From NCBI GenBank assembly GCA_963697165.1, contig CAVOMX010000010.1, forward strand, positions 1 through 64,000: 64,000 nucleotides of DNA, in the 5' to 3' direction. A program made the translations under genes and the position numbers. This document shows positions 43,351 to 54,325 of the stretch, piece by piece (positions within the stretch are counted from its first letter, which is position 1; each line of letters opens with the position of its first letter). Under the pieces are notes generated by a model. It worked only from the letters and a program-made list of their open reading frames with translations. It searched no databases and had not been told where the DNA came from. This stretch comes from Candidatus Bathyarchaeota archaeon (GTDB lineage: Archaea > Thermoproteota > Bathyarchaeia > Bathyarchaeales > Bathyarchaeaceae).

Positions 43351-43866
43351 ATGGTTAAAGAGGCAAAATATCGCCTAATCAAAAAATTGGATAACGTAGA
43401 AATTAGACTCTATACAAACTTGATTATCGCTGAAGTTGACGGTTACGGGGATGGAGGCTTTAATCTTCTTTTCAACTATATTTCGGGAAATAACACAACA
43501 CAAACCAATTTAGAAATGACTTCACCGGTAATATCAAAAAACATCGAAATGACTGCACCGGTTCTATCAGAAAAAGACTCGATAGCATTTGTAATGCCTG
43601 AAGAATACACACTCGAAAATACGCCAAAACCGAATGATGAACGAATCAAAATCCAACAAATACCAGAAAGATATGTAGCTGCATTACGATTTACCGGCCG
43701 TTGGACAACCTCAAATTTCACAAAAAAATCAAAACAACTATTGACAGAACTGCAAACATCAAACATAAAAACAAAAGGAAATATTTTCACAATGCGTTAC
43801 AGTGGACCTCTAACACCATGGTTCCTACGTAGAAACGAAGTAGCAACAGAAATCGATTTCAAATAG
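43351..43866 (+). CDS. SOUL-family heme-binding protein
   Basis: FNLLFNYISGNN, IEMTAPV, FVMP and RRNEV. Confidence 0.9.
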   Translation: MVKEAKYRLIKKLDNVEIRLYTNLIIAEVDGYGDGGFNLLFNYISGNNTTQTNLEMTSPVISKNIEMTAPVLSEKDSIAFVMPEEYTLENTPKPNDERIKIQQIPERYVAALRFTGRWTTSNFTKKSKQLLTELQTSNIKTKGNIFTMRYSGPLTPWFLRRNEVATEIDFK

Positions 43867-43908
43867 AAACTTTACAATCCACGAACATTAAAATTAATTA
43901 TTCCACAA

Positions 43909-44895
43909 TTATTTCCAGTAGTCTTTTCCGTCACAGTAGCTGGTCATTAAATCAATATCAATAAGTTCTTTTGGATAAGGCTCAAAGAAAGTTTGACTCA
44001 ACAAATAATCATCTTTGAACCTTAAAAGCCATGAATTGAAAATTCCCATAAGTACACTTAAAGGAATAACGCCTGCTTTATAATCATCCAATGATTTCAA
44101 GAAAAACTCTTTTTCTTCTCCAGAAAGACTTTTTGAAAAATAACCCATACTATTCATTAAAACATTAATTTGAGAACCACACCTAGGAGCACGTTTTAAA
44201 GCTAGTAATAGATGTTTTTCATAATCCATAATCAAGTTGACTATACTGTATTGATCTCTTTTCGCAACTATTCTTCCAAGAAGTCTCATTTCTTTTTCAT
44301 TAAAAGCCTTAAGCAACAACTTGTTTTCTGAATGAAACTTTAGAATTTCTTTGGCTGATTTTGACTTTTTAACTTCTCTGAAGTTAGCTAAGGCGTAAAG
44401 TTTCGTAAGGAAATTGCTCTTGATGTTTGGATTTCTAAGTCTGCCTTCATCTTCTACTGCTAAATGAGAAAATCTTTCTAAAACAGCTTTTCCTAAAAAT
44501 CCTGGACCTTTCCCCTTTATTGCATCACCTGGATTTGGACCAGAATATCTTCTTGCATCCTTTAATGCGCTCGTTGGTGATCGTCCTTTTAATATGAAGC
44601 CATCCACATCAGGTAGAGATTCTAAAAAGGAAGTTACAAAGTTCTCCATTTTTTCAGTGAAATCTAATCCCGTTTTCGGTTGAATAAGCTTCATTTCTTC
44701 TTCTTTCATAACTATCCGTAATGCCTCTCTGGGTGTTCCTAAGCCTATCTCAACTTCAGGACATACAGGTATTAAGTTGACATGTGGAATTAGCTGTTTA
44801 ACAAAATCACTAGCAATCTTCAACCCATTATATCGACACGGATCAATTTCAATACATCTACTAAGAACAACTGTCGGAGTAACAAAATTTCTCAT
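43909..44895 (-). CDS. DUF523/DUF1722 (YbbK-YbgA) protein
   Basis: CRYNG, VCPEVEIGLGTPRE, EDEGRL and FFEPYP. Confidence 0.9.
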   Translation of the reverse strand: MRNFVTPTVVLSRCIEIDPCRYNGLKIASDFVKQLIPHVNLIPVCPEVEIGLGTPREALRIVMKEEEMKLIQPKTGLDFTEKMENFVTSFLESLPDVDGFILKGRSPTSALKDARRYSGPNPGDAIKGKGPGFLGKAVLERFSHLAVEDEGRLRNPNIKSNFLTKLYALANFREVKKSKSAKEILKFHSENKLLLKAFNEKEMRLLGRIVAKRDQYSIVNLIMDYEKHLLLALKRAPRCGSQINVLMNSMGYFSKSLSGEEKEFFLKSLDDYKAGVIPLSVLMGIFNSWLLRFKDDYLLSQTFFEPYPKELIDIDLMTSYCDGKDYWK

Positions 44896-45015
44896 AACAA
44901 AATCAACTTTAAACAGTATTATATTGCATTATAAAAACGCAACAAATCAATTAAACAATTTTGTGATCAAAGCTTGTTACAAAAAAAGGGAATATAATGA
45001 TTTTTGATGGTATTG

Positions 45016-45189
45016 TCATTCCTTGTTTGGCATTAATGCAATAAACACGGCAACTATACCGATAACAATTTTTAGGACTGCATGCCAATCAGGTTCCGTT
45101 CCCATATCAGATACGCCCGGCAGACCCGCGATTCCCATCACAACCATTATTGCTCCAACAATAATCAAAGTCCACTTGCAATAATTCAA
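45016..45189 (-). CDS. 57-aa small membrane protein
   Basis: Manual translation MNYCKWTLIIVGAIMVVMGIAG...; GGGGGTGA RBS; two hydrophobic segments. Confidence 0.55.
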   Translation of the reverse strand: MNYCKWTLIIVGAIMVVMGIAGLPGVSDMGTEPDWHAVLKIVIGIVAVFIALMPNKE

Positions 45190-45341
45190 AATTTCACCCC
45201 CTTAAACTGTGATTAATTATTTATGTATAATTCAACATTTATAATATCTTCCATATATTTCAAATTACAGGGGAAGGTTTAATTGAATAGTCTCCCATTT
45301 ATTAAATTCTGAAAAAGCGTTTTTGGGGGAGGTGGAATATT

Positions 45342-45440
45342 TTGAAATGTGGACTTTGTGGAAAAGAAGTCGATAAACAGCCAATGATAACAGCTGAAGG
45401 CAAATGTTCAGTCTGTGGTGCAAAACTAAAACCAGCTTAG
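45342..45440 (+). CDS. 32-aa zinc-ribbon microprotein
   Basis: MKCGLCGKEVDKQPMITAEGKCSVCGAKLKPA; strong GGAGGTG RBS. Confidence 0.65.
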   Translation: MKCGLCGKEVDKQPMITAEGKCSVCGAKLKPA

Positions 45441-45569
45441 ATCTACCTACGGGGAAGTAAATGTGAAATTTACACTTTTATTTCCCTTTTTTTAAAAAAA
45501 AGTAAGGTTGATGAGACGGCAGAAACCTTATTTCTTTTGAAACTAAACATTTAAAGTACTTTCAACAAT

Positions 45570-46034
45570 TCACCTTTTTAGTTCAGATAATTTCTCTTTA
45601 ACTTCTTCAACATGACCTTTGACACGAACTTTTGTCCATTCGTTCTCTATATATCCTTTAGGATTTATAATGAACGTGCTTCTTACTACACCCATATACT
45701 CTTTACCATACATTTTCTTCAACTGCCAAACCTTGTATTTTTCTAGAACTTCGTGTTCAGGGTCGCTTAGAATAGTGAAGTTTAGATCGTGTCTTTTGTA
45801 AAAATTTTGATGGTTCTTCACCGAATCTGGGCTTACCCCTACGACAACTGCCCCCAAATCCTCGAGACTTTTCACATTCTCGGTAAAACTTTCCGCTTCT
45901 AGAGTGCAACTTTTGGAATTATCTTTTGGATAGAAGTAGAGAACAACCCAGTTATTTCTATAATCTTTCAAACAAATCTTTTCACCATTTTGGTCAAGCA
46001 AACAAAAGTCAGGTGCTTTGCTTTTCTTTTCCAA
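45570..46034 (-). CDS. bcp: peroxiredoxin Bcp/PrxQ
   Basis: VLYFYPKDNSKSCTLEA, GVSPDS and RSTFII. Confidence 0.9.
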   Translation of the reverse strand: MEKKSKAPDFCLLDQNGEKICLKDYRNNWVVLYFYPKDNSKSCTLEAESFTENVKSLEDLGAVVVGVSPDSVKNHQNFYKRHDLNFTILSDPEHEVLEKYKVWQLKKMYGKEYMGVVRSTFIINPKGYIENEWTKVRVKGHVEEVKEKLSELKR

Positions 46035-46053
46035 AATTTCATCTCCCAGAATT

Positions 46054-46560
46054 TCACCATTTTTCATAATGCACTAACTCATCAATGCTTTTCCTATTAG
46101 TAATAGAACCTTTCTTCTCAGCTGGATACCCTAAAGGCGTCATTGCTACAACACTAGCTTCAGGTTTAATTCCCAAAATCTCTTTGATTTTCTCTTCGTT
46201 AAATGCGACTATCCAACAGGTTCCCAAACCTTCTGAACAAGCTTGCAAAGATATATGAGTCATTGCAACTGCTGCGTCAGCTTTCCAATATTCTTCACCA
46301 TCATCCCTAACCCAAGCCTCTTCTGGAAACGCACAAACCACAATAATTATTGGTGTGTCCCATTTCTGATTGCAAGCAGAACTAATTTTATGTATATTCT
46401 CATGGTCAGCTGTTACCACAAACGCATATGGTTGCCGATTCATTGCTGAAGGCGAAAGTCGAGCAGCCTCCAATACTTTCATAAGCTTTTCTTTTTCAAC
46501 AACTCTTTGTTGATATTTTCGAATGCTTCTTCTATTCTTTATTGCTTCATAAACTTCCAA
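46054..46560 (-). CDS. nitroreductase-family protein
   Basis: RRSIRKY, SPSAMNRQP, GLGTCWI and LGYP. Confidence 0.92.
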   Translation of the reverse strand: MEVYEAIKNRRSIRKYQQRVVEKEKLMKVLEAARLSPSAMNRQPYAFVVTADHENIHKISSACNQKWDTPIIIVVCAFPEEAWVRDDGEEYWKADAAVAMTHISLQACSEGLGTCWIVAFNEEKIKEILGIKPEASVVAMTPLGYPAEKKGSITNRKSIDELVHYEKW

Positions 46561-46642
46561 ATAGAAATCCCCCAACAAATCATTGATCTTGTGAAATAAA
46601 AAACTGTCGAGTAAAAAAAGGGGGGATTTATTTTGGGGTTTA

Positions 46643-47467
46643 TTAGAACGGTGCAAATATTCCTATAAATACTAGCCAGGCTAAGATTGATTTTGCGGCA
46701 AAGCTTAGAATGATATAGAATCGTTCTCCATACAGATAGTCTTTCCAACGACTAACGCCTTTGTATTGTAGTACCATATTAAGGGCAAAGATGTTGAAGA
46801 CTATGAAGTATATGAATAGAATCATGTAAACAAAGGTGGGTATATCTGCGTTTATTGATAAAAGCGATCCAATGAAGTATGCGTAGAGGACGACCCATGG
46901 GACCCCACCGGAAATTGTTCCAAATATGAAGGATGACCAGTTTGTTTTTTCGGTTTTTTGGTTTATCAGTTCCATTAAGTATCCGAACATTATCATCATT
47001 GCGTTTAATACGAAGATCATTGTCAAAGACCAGAAATCCCATACGCCCAAAAAGAGGGCGATTAGCACGATCATTATCGAGCTAGAGAATGCATATTCGT
47101 ACCATCGGTAAGGGTTCATTCCTTTTTTCAGATTCTCGTTATACTGTTTATTCTTAATGAATGCAATAGCGAAATGAGCTAATGCAGAAATTAGTGGGAA
47201 TGATGCTACAATGATTCCTAAGTATCCTATGGTGAACAACACCTGTGGGTCAGGGGTCACGTCTATTTGAAATGGTGGGCCTTCAATTATTGTAAATTTT
47301 GTGTAGAAGGTATAAAGACTACGTTCCCATTCGAGTTGAGTTCCTAGAACAAGCATTAATATTCCTTGTATTAGATGTAGCACAAAAGCAGCTGCATTGA
47401 AGCGTTTCAGATATTTGAAGGAAATCGGTGATTTTGCAATAATTTCTTGTCTTTCTTTAAAATTCAT
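46643..47467 (-). CDS. heR: heliorhodopsin
   Basis: HLIQ, NPYRWYEYAFSSSIM, and helix-7 YIILSFAAKSILAW with the retinal-binding Lys in SxxxK. Confidence 0.93.
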   Translation of the reverse strand: MNFKERQEIIAKSPISFKYLKRFNAAAFVLHLIQGILMLVLGTQLEWERSLYTFYTKFTIIEGPPFQIDVTPDPQVLFTIGYLGIIVASFPLISALAHFAIAFIKNKQYNENLKKGMNPYRWYEYAFSSSIMIVLIALFLGVWDFWSLTMIFVLNAMMIMFGYLMELINQKTEKTNWSSFIFGTISGGVPWVVLYAYFIGSLLSINADIPTFVYMILFIYFIVFNIFALNMVLQYKGVSRWKDYLYGERFYIILSFAAKSILAWLVFIGIFAPF

Positions 47468-47639
47468 AAAATATTGTTTTATCTTAATTAGTATATATGA
47501 TTTTAGCAAGGTTTTCGAGTGTTTAATCGTCTATAATTTTATATTTAAAAATCTTGAGATGGTCCCTTGTAAGAAAAAAGCTGTTTTCAACAATGAAGTA
47601 TTATTAGTCTACTAATAATTGTGATGTTGGATTGTTTGT

Positions 47640-47960
47640 TTAGATTAGTCTTTCTAAGGTTAACCACTTTTTTGTGGAATCAACCAAGTTTTTGCAGTCG
47701 TTCTGTGTGAAATCGTACTCGTCGGTTTCTGGCGGGTATTGCTTGAGTTTATAGGAGTATGTTTTAAGCAAACCCATATTATACTTGAGAAGTTCCAAAT
47801 CGTGAAGGGAATCTGACTTCTTTTTCTCTTTGTTGATTATTTCTAGAATTTCTGTGGCAAAAGACTCCATAGTATTGGTGTCCAGTGTCTCCAGTTTTTC
47901 TCTATTTTTGATATAAATGGTGGCAACTTTTTTCTTAAATTCGGCTGATATCGTGGTCAC
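47640..47960 (-). CDS. hypothetical protein
   Basis: 106-aa ORF with a GGAGG RBS. Confidence 0.6.
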   Translation of the reverse strand: MTTISAEFKKKVATIYIKNREKLETLDTNTMESFATEILEIINKEKKKSDSLHDLELLKYNMGLLKTYSYKLKQYPPETDEYDFTQNDCKNLVDSTKKWLTLERLI

Positions 47961-48065
47961 TTAAAAAAACCTCCAGTAATTCAATCTAAATTTACGTTGA
48001 AGTTTCTTATATTATGTTGCATTCGCAAACATTGCATTTTCTATAACATTTTGAATTTTAGGTAT

Positions 48066-48449
48066 TTATCTCATACTTTGCAGGACAGCAAACGGGTTGC
48101 CTTCAGGGTCAATGGCTAACGCAATCCAGCCTACGCCCGGAACTTCCTGTTTTTGTCGAGTAATTGTTCCGCCTAGGGTTTTGATGTTCTGGATGGACTC
48201 GTCAATGTTTTCAACAAGGATATAATTGACTGGTTTAATCTCAGGCTGTTCTTTTTTGTACATTCCGGCATTCACTCCGGGTCTAAGGAGCATACCTTGT
48301 TCGTTAACAGGAACAGTTTCGATCATCCAGTAGTCGATGGGTCCAGGGGCGCGGTAGATTTTCCAGTTGAAAAGTTTTGAATAGAAGGTTTTCAGTTTCT
48401 CTAAGTCTGTTGCGGGAATATCAAAATGTACAATCGAATTGTCTACCAT
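48066..48449 (-). CDS. VOC (glyoxalase/bleomycin-resistance) family protein
   Basis: IVHFDIP..FYSKLFNW...DPEGN. Confidence 0.9.
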   Translation of the reverse strand: MVDNSIVHFDIPATDLEKLKTFYSKLFNWKIYRAPGPIDYWMIETVPVNEQGMLLRPGVNAGMYKKEQPEIKPVNYILVENIDESIQNIKTLGGTITRQKQEVPGVGWIALAIDPEGNPFAVLQSMR

Positions 48450-48640
48450 ATTTTTTCACGTATAAGAATCGGTTGCGAAAAAATAAAAGTTTTTAGAAGC
48501 CCTCAACGTGATTCGCTATTGTTTGTTTCAAAAAGCGGAAGGTTAATTTCTTCCCTTTTGTGTTTATGTCGCAATAATCTCTTTAATAGAGGAAGAGTTG
48601 TCTCCTAATTCCTGAGTAAAATAGAGGCGCCAAATAGAGA

Positions 48641-50686
48641 ATGCTGATTAGAGAAGTTATCTTGGAAAACTTCATGTCCTATGAATATGCGAGGATACCC
48701 TTCAAGAAGGGTGTCAACGTAGCCTGCGGTCCAAACGGCTCAGGCAAATCCTCTATTCTTATAGGAATCTCCGTGGCTCTTGGTCAATCATATACTGAAC
48801 GCTCCAAACGATTAAGCGATCTAATCAGATACGGAAAAGACGAGGCGCGAGTAACCCTTGTATTAGACAATTCGCCACGAGATGGACGAAGACCAGTTTC
48901 CAGAATAAAAAAGGATCAAATCTTTTTAACAAGAAACTTGAGGCGAGATGGAAAATATTGGTTCGAACTAGAAAACACAGCCGCAAACAAGGTTGAGGTG
49001 AACCGTCTACTTGCCAAGTTCGAAGTTGACCCAGAAAACATGCTTATCATCATGCACCAGAACATGGTTAACCAATTCAGCGTGCTCTCTGCTCAAGAAA
49101 AACTAAGAATGGTCGAGGCAGCAGTTGGCTTCGAGTCATACAGAGAAAATGTTTTGAAGGCTCAAAAGAAACTAAGTCGCATCCTAAGCCAAGGAGATTC
49201 AGTTGGGAAACTTCTTGAGTCAGCCCAGCAGACCCTCACGTACTGGCGAGAACAGTATGACCGTTACCAAAACAAGAAGCAGCTGATAATTAAAAAGAGG
49301 TTTCTTGAACGGGAACTAGCATGGGCTGAGGTGCTGAAACGAGAAAATTCTGTCGCCAAACTAAAAGAACAGAACCTAGAAAGCCAAAACAGAGTCACAA
49401 AAATCGAAACCGAAACCGAAACAACAAACGAGCAACTATCTGAGCTGCAAAGCAGATTGAAGCAGTCTAGGTCTTCATGGAGGAGCCTCTGGGAAGACCG
49501 ACTGTCGCTGGAGCGTGAACTAGCTAAACTTGAGTTAACCGCCCAGACAGCAGACCAAGCCCTGAAAGAGACAGCGTCATGGACAACCAATCACCGCGAT
49601 GATATGGAGAAGGTTTTGGGCAACATTGAATCTCTTGAGTTTGTGATAGGGGAAAAAACAAACCCTATAGATCTTAGACCACAACTCAATGAAATAAGGG
49701 CAAATTATGATGCTTTGGACGATTCGTGGATACAACGTTTCAGCCTGAGAAATGCTGGTTTGAAAAAGTCTTTTGAAGCATCTAATGAGCAACTCCAGAA
49801 AGTAGGTCTGCAGAACTTGGATATCAAAGAGAAGACGGATTCTCTCTATCTTGAAACCGAAAACATAACCAACGACATTATTGACCGCAAGATCAGCCTA
49901 GCCCTCCTAAAGTACCAGAGGGAACATTACGCAAAAGTTTTGAAGCGTTTAGATAAGGAGCTAGGGCAAGCCCTACTTGATTTTAACGAATACGTGAAGC
50001 AGGCAGAAAAGGCTGGGCAAAGAATTGTGCCCATGAAAACTACAATTGAGATTCTAGAGGAGCTTCGGGTAACTGATGGTCATCTCGCCGCGTTAGCGGA
50101 CGTTTCCGAGGACATAGAACGGATGTATGAGTCCTACTCGAAACTGTATTTGGAGCTCAAAGAGAAAGCCCGCTTGGTTGCAGAAAACCGCGAAAAAACC
50201 CTAGAAGAAGTGAATACGAGAAGCGACACATGGCGAAAAATGATTCACAATCTTCTGGACCAAGTTAACGTCAAATACCGTAAGATTCTCTCGGAAGCCT
50301 ACGCGGTTGGAGAAGTTAAGCTAGCAAATGAACAGGACATTGAAGAAGCTGGCCTCGAAATACTTGTGGGATTCAAGGGAGGAAAACCTGTTCCCCTTAA
50401 CGCTTATACGCAAAGTGGGGGAGAAAGAAGCACCGCAACCATAACTTTTCTTCTTGCATTGCAACAGCATGTTCATTCCCCGTTCAGAGCCGTTGACGAA
50501 TATGACGTTCACATGGACCCAAAAAACAGGGAAATCATTGCAAGTCTTCTTGTCTCCTCAGTCAAAGGCTTAGACTCCCAATACTTGGCGATTACACCCA
50601 GCCAGCTTACATTCACGGGGAAGGATGTTCACCTGATAACTGTGCAGAATGTTGAAGGAGCCTCGCTCATCAAAGAGGTGACTTAA
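48641..50686 (+). CDS. short SMC-family ATPase, Smc5/6-like
   Basis: LENFMSY, GPNGSGKSS, central coiled coil, QSGGERS and PFRAVDEYDVHMD. Confidence 0.88.
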   Translation: MLIREVILENFMSYEYARIPFKKGVNVACGPNGSGKSSILIGISVALGQSYTERSKRLSDLIRYGKDEARVTLVLDNSPRDGRRPVSRIKKDQIFLTRNLRRDGKYWFELENTAANKVEVNRLLAKFEVDPENMLIIMHQNMVNQFSVLSAQEKLRMVEAAVGFESYRENVLKAQKKLSRILSQGDSVGKLLESAQQTLTYWREQYDRYQNKKQLIIKKRFLERELAWAEVLKRENSVAKLKEQNLESQNRVTKIETETETTNEQLSELQSRLKQSRSSWRSLWEDRLSLERELAKLELTAQTADQALKETASWTTNHRDDMEKVLGNIESLEFVIGEKTNPIDLRPQLNEIRANYDALDDSWIQRFSLRNAGLKKSFEASNEQLQKVGLQNLDIKEKTDSLYLETENITNDIIDRKISLALLKYQREHYAKVLKRLDKELGQALLDFNEYVKQAEKAGQRIVPMKTTIEILEELRVTDGHLAALADVSEDIERMYESYSKLYLELKEKARLVAENREKTLEEVNTRSDTWRKMIHNLLDQVNVKYRKILSEAYAVGEVKLANEQDIEEAGLEILVGFKGGKPVPLNAYTQSGGERSTATITFLLALQQHVHSPFRAVDEYDVHMDPKNREIIASLLVSSVKGLDSQYLAITPSQLTFTGKDVHLITVQNVEGASLIKEVT

Positions 50687-51496
50687 GTGTCCAACAAAGA
50701 AAAGAAACTGAATAGTGAACGGATTCAGCGCGTAATCGCATTATGCAAATCCGTTGAAGAACGGGGAGTAGACCCGTTCGCTGTGGACGTGGACGATATC
50801 ATAGCAACGCTTCAAAAGTATTTTCCCGAGTGGGAATCGCCAGAAGAACTGTCAATGGACGCAGAAGCGGTTCAATGCCTCGCGTCAGTAATACAAAATC
50901 AGGGAGACTGGGTGAAATACAGGTCAACCTCTCTCTACACTGACCCGTTCCTGCTTGAAGAAAAAATCCAGAGACTAGACAAAGAAGAGCTTGCCGCAGT
51001 TTTTACGCAGGTTTGGAATCCAGTCATCGAAATGGAGCAACTATCCCCATCCACTATCTCTGAAGCCCTGAAATACTGGAATGACCTTGCTCCAATAGAT
51101 GAGAGGTGGCAAAGAAATGGTCCCATGCAGGTTGAGACTGGAGCCACTACACGGGAAGAACTGGTCAAGCTGAAAATTTTAGCAGAAAAAACATTCAGGG
51201 AAGAACTGGAAACCTTCTGGGAGGAACTGAAACAGAAGATAGGTGTTAATGAGAAGATTCTTTACTGGAACTTTGTTGGCGCCGACACGTACCAAGAAAC
51301 TTTGGATAGAGCATACATGACTAGTTTTCTGGTAACTTATGGTTATGCAACGTTGGAGTTGCATCCGTTAGAAGAGGAGGTTTTCATTATGTCCTTTACA
51401 GAAGTTCGGTCAGAATTGGCTGAGGCGCGGATGGTTTCTGTTCCCATCTCGATAAGCCATGAAGAATGGTTACAATGGAAGGAGACTGGAAAATGA
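50687..51496 (+). CDS. putative kleisin (ScpA-like)
   Basis: DPFAVDVDDII at the N-terminus resembles the ScpA DPWxIDI motif; starts immediately after the SMC stop. Confidence 0.6.
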   Translation: MSNKEKKLNSERIQRVIALCKSVEERGVDPFAVDVDDIIATLQKYFPEWESPEELSMDAEAVQCLASVIQNQGDWVKYRSTSLYTDPFLLEEKIQRLDKEELAAVFTQVWNPVIEMEQLSPSTISEALKYWNDLAPIDERWQRNGPMQVETGATTREELVKLKILAEKTFREELETFWEELKQKIGVNEKILYWNFVGADTYQETLDRAYMTSFLVTYGYATLELHPLEEEVFIMSFTEVRSELAEARMVSVPISISHEEWLQWKETGK

Positions 51497-52044
51497 CACG
51501 GAAAGCTTACTATGCACAAAAAATCAAGAAGGCAACCCAGCTACTTTTCTATAAACGTCATATGAAGCCGGGAGTGAAAGGCTGGGAACTAAAGAATGCG
51601 TTAGGTTCAGATTATCCTAAAATTCTCAAAGTTTTGGATGACCATCTCGAGAAGCTGGACCTGCAGGTGAAGACAATCTTTGAGGGAGAAACGCCATCTG
51701 GAGAGCCGACAATTGAAGAATTGAACAGGGCTCGTTTCTATGTTACTGTTAGAGGCGGTTTTTCTGCTAAGGATGCCAAGATGATGGGCTGGAGAATCGA
51801 TGATATTGCGGGTTTGGCTACATCTATCTCCCATATTATCTCGAAGAAGGGAAAAGCGTCACGAGACGAAGTAGAAGACTTGCTTCGAAGTAAGCTTCCT
51901 GGATGGAGAGTCGAAATGAACATGAACCGTTACATCAAGTCAGGATACTTGGCTGAGGATGAGCACAATCAGCTTTACTTGGATTGGAGAACACGAGCAG
52001 AAGTCGACCAGAAAGCGCTTGTTGAACTGCTTCTACTAAAATAA
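51493..52044 (+). CDS. putative kite (ScpB/Nse-like tandem winged-helix) protein
   Basis: Overlaps the kleisin-like gene; wHTH-like C-terminus (YIKSGYL...LYLDWRT). Confidence 0.5.
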   Translation: MTRKAYYAQKIKKATQLLFYKRHMKPGVKGWELKNALGSDYPKILKVLDDHLEKLDLQVKTIFEGETPSGEPTIEELNRARFYVTVRGGFSAKDAKMMGWRIDDIAGLATSISHIISKKGKASRDEVEDLLRSKLPGWRVEMNMNRYIKSGYLAEDEHNQLYLDWRTRAEVDQKALVELLLLK

Positions 52045-52139
52045 TTAACTTCTTGCAATCAAATTTGGTTACTGGGTTTGTGAAATATTATCAAGTTCTC
52101 TTTTTCTAACTGCAAGAAACATTAATTTTGCTCTACGGT

Positions 52140-52301
52140 CTACCTGTATCGGAGTCGTATCCAGAAGTACTGCATGCCAAATCCTACAGCTGCAAGAAGC
52201 AATGCTCTTCTGTAATCTCCTGTTACCACGAGAAATAGGACTCCTATTAGACAGATGATTAGTGGAGAATATTTCTTAAAGAGACCTTGAAGCTCGTCCA
52301 T
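52140..52301 (-). CDS. small membrane protein
   Basis: Manual translation MDELQGLFKKYSPLIICLIGVLFLVV...; two hydrophobic stretches. Confidence 0.45.
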   Translation of the reverse strand: MDELQGLFKKYSPLIICLIGVLFLVVTGDYRRALLLAAVGFGMQYFWIRLRYR

Positions 52302-52424
52302 GTCCAAAGCGGTATCATCCTAGTATTTACACGATTTAGGCGTGTGGGTATTTTACTGTTCCTGCTTTGGTTCTGTTCTGATTGTTGTTTAGTCTAAAAT
52401 GTTCAAACTGAAACTTATATAAGC

Positions 52425-53124
<700 letters not shown>

Positions 53125-53288
53125 TAAACTAGATTTTTGTTAATCAATCATAAGGCTTTTATGTATTAATCATAAAAAATGAATTGGGCATTATAGAGGG
53201 AGAAGAGTTTGGAAGTTTTTCCCGTCGGGTATTTATAATACGGTTTTTGTCAAGTTCTTGAAGAGAGAGGAGTTAAGGAGTAAATAAT

Positions 53289-54149
53289 ATGCAAAGACGC
53301 GAATGCAAACTTGCCATAGCTATACCCGTTTCAGTAATTTCGGACATTCCTCATATTCGAGAAAAAACGTTGGAGATAGGTTTGATTGGTAGAGCAGCAG
53401 CCATTTTTCGCGTCAATGAAATCATCGTGTTTTCAGACAATGCAGGCGCGCCTAACCAAAAACGGGACAGAGGTATGATTGCCGCCCTCCTGGCATATAT
53501 GGAGACGCCCCAATACCTAAGAAAACGGCTCTTCAAACTAAAACCTGAACTAAAATATGCAGGTATTCTCCCGCCACTACGAACTCCCCATCATCCCCTA
53601 GAACGAAGAGCAGAAAAACTCAAAAATGGAGAACACCGCGAAGGCGTAACAATAGCCGTTAATCAAAAGGGGTCTCTTGTGGATATAGGCGTCGAACATG
53701 CACTCTTAATTCCAGATAAGAAATTGCCTCTAAACAAGAGGGTTACAGTAACAATAATACAAGTTGGAAAACACCAACGATTAACCCTAGCCAACCGTGA
53801 AGATGTCAAAGATTACTGGGGCTACATCGTAACGACCTCAAAAGGTTCCTTTGGACAAACAACTAAATCGCGGAAATACGATTTGGTGATTGCCACATCT
53901 AAGATAGGAGTTCCTCTACAACAAGTCACGGATGAACTGTCTGAACGATGGCAAAAAGCCAGGAATATTCTGGTGGCTTTTGGTGCACCCTCTCGGGGAC
54001 TACAAGAGATTGTTGCACAGGAAAACCTTAGCTTAGACAAGCTCGCAGACTATACAATTAACACTATTCCCAATCAGGGAACCGAGACAGTTAGAACCGA
54101 AGAAGCAATCTATGCATCTCTAGCTCTGCTGAACACAATGGGTAACTAA
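53289..54149 (+). CDS. SPOUT-class RNA methyltransferase (DUF171/MTH1-like)
   Basis: YMETPQYLRK, GILPPLRTPHH and PNQGTETVRTEEA. Confidence 0.9.
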   Translation: MQRRECKLAIAIPVSVISDIPHIREKTLEIGLIGRAAAIFRVNEIIVFSDNAGAPNQKRDRGMIAALLAYMETPQYLRKRLFKLKPELKYAGILPPLRTPHHPLERRAEKLKNGEHREGVTIAVNQKGSLVDIGVEHALLIPDKKLPLNKRVTVTIIQVGKHQRLTLANREDVKDYWGYIVTTSKGSFGQTTKSRKYDLVIATSKIGVPLQQVTDELSERWQKARNILVAFGAPSRGLQEIVAQENLSLDKLADYTINTIPNQGTETVRTEEAIYASLALLNTMGN

Positions 54150-54325
54150 AAAAGGGAAATGTTGATCGTTTAACTGCAGCAGTTTAAAAGAAACACAGCG
54201 TTTTAGGAACAGCACAAAAAAAATTATTATGTTACTTTAAAGTTTGAAATAAATTTAAATACATAAAAGAGGGAACGTTGTTACAATTCAGTTAATACGT
54301 CAAAACTGAAAAGGTTGAGTGTTTA

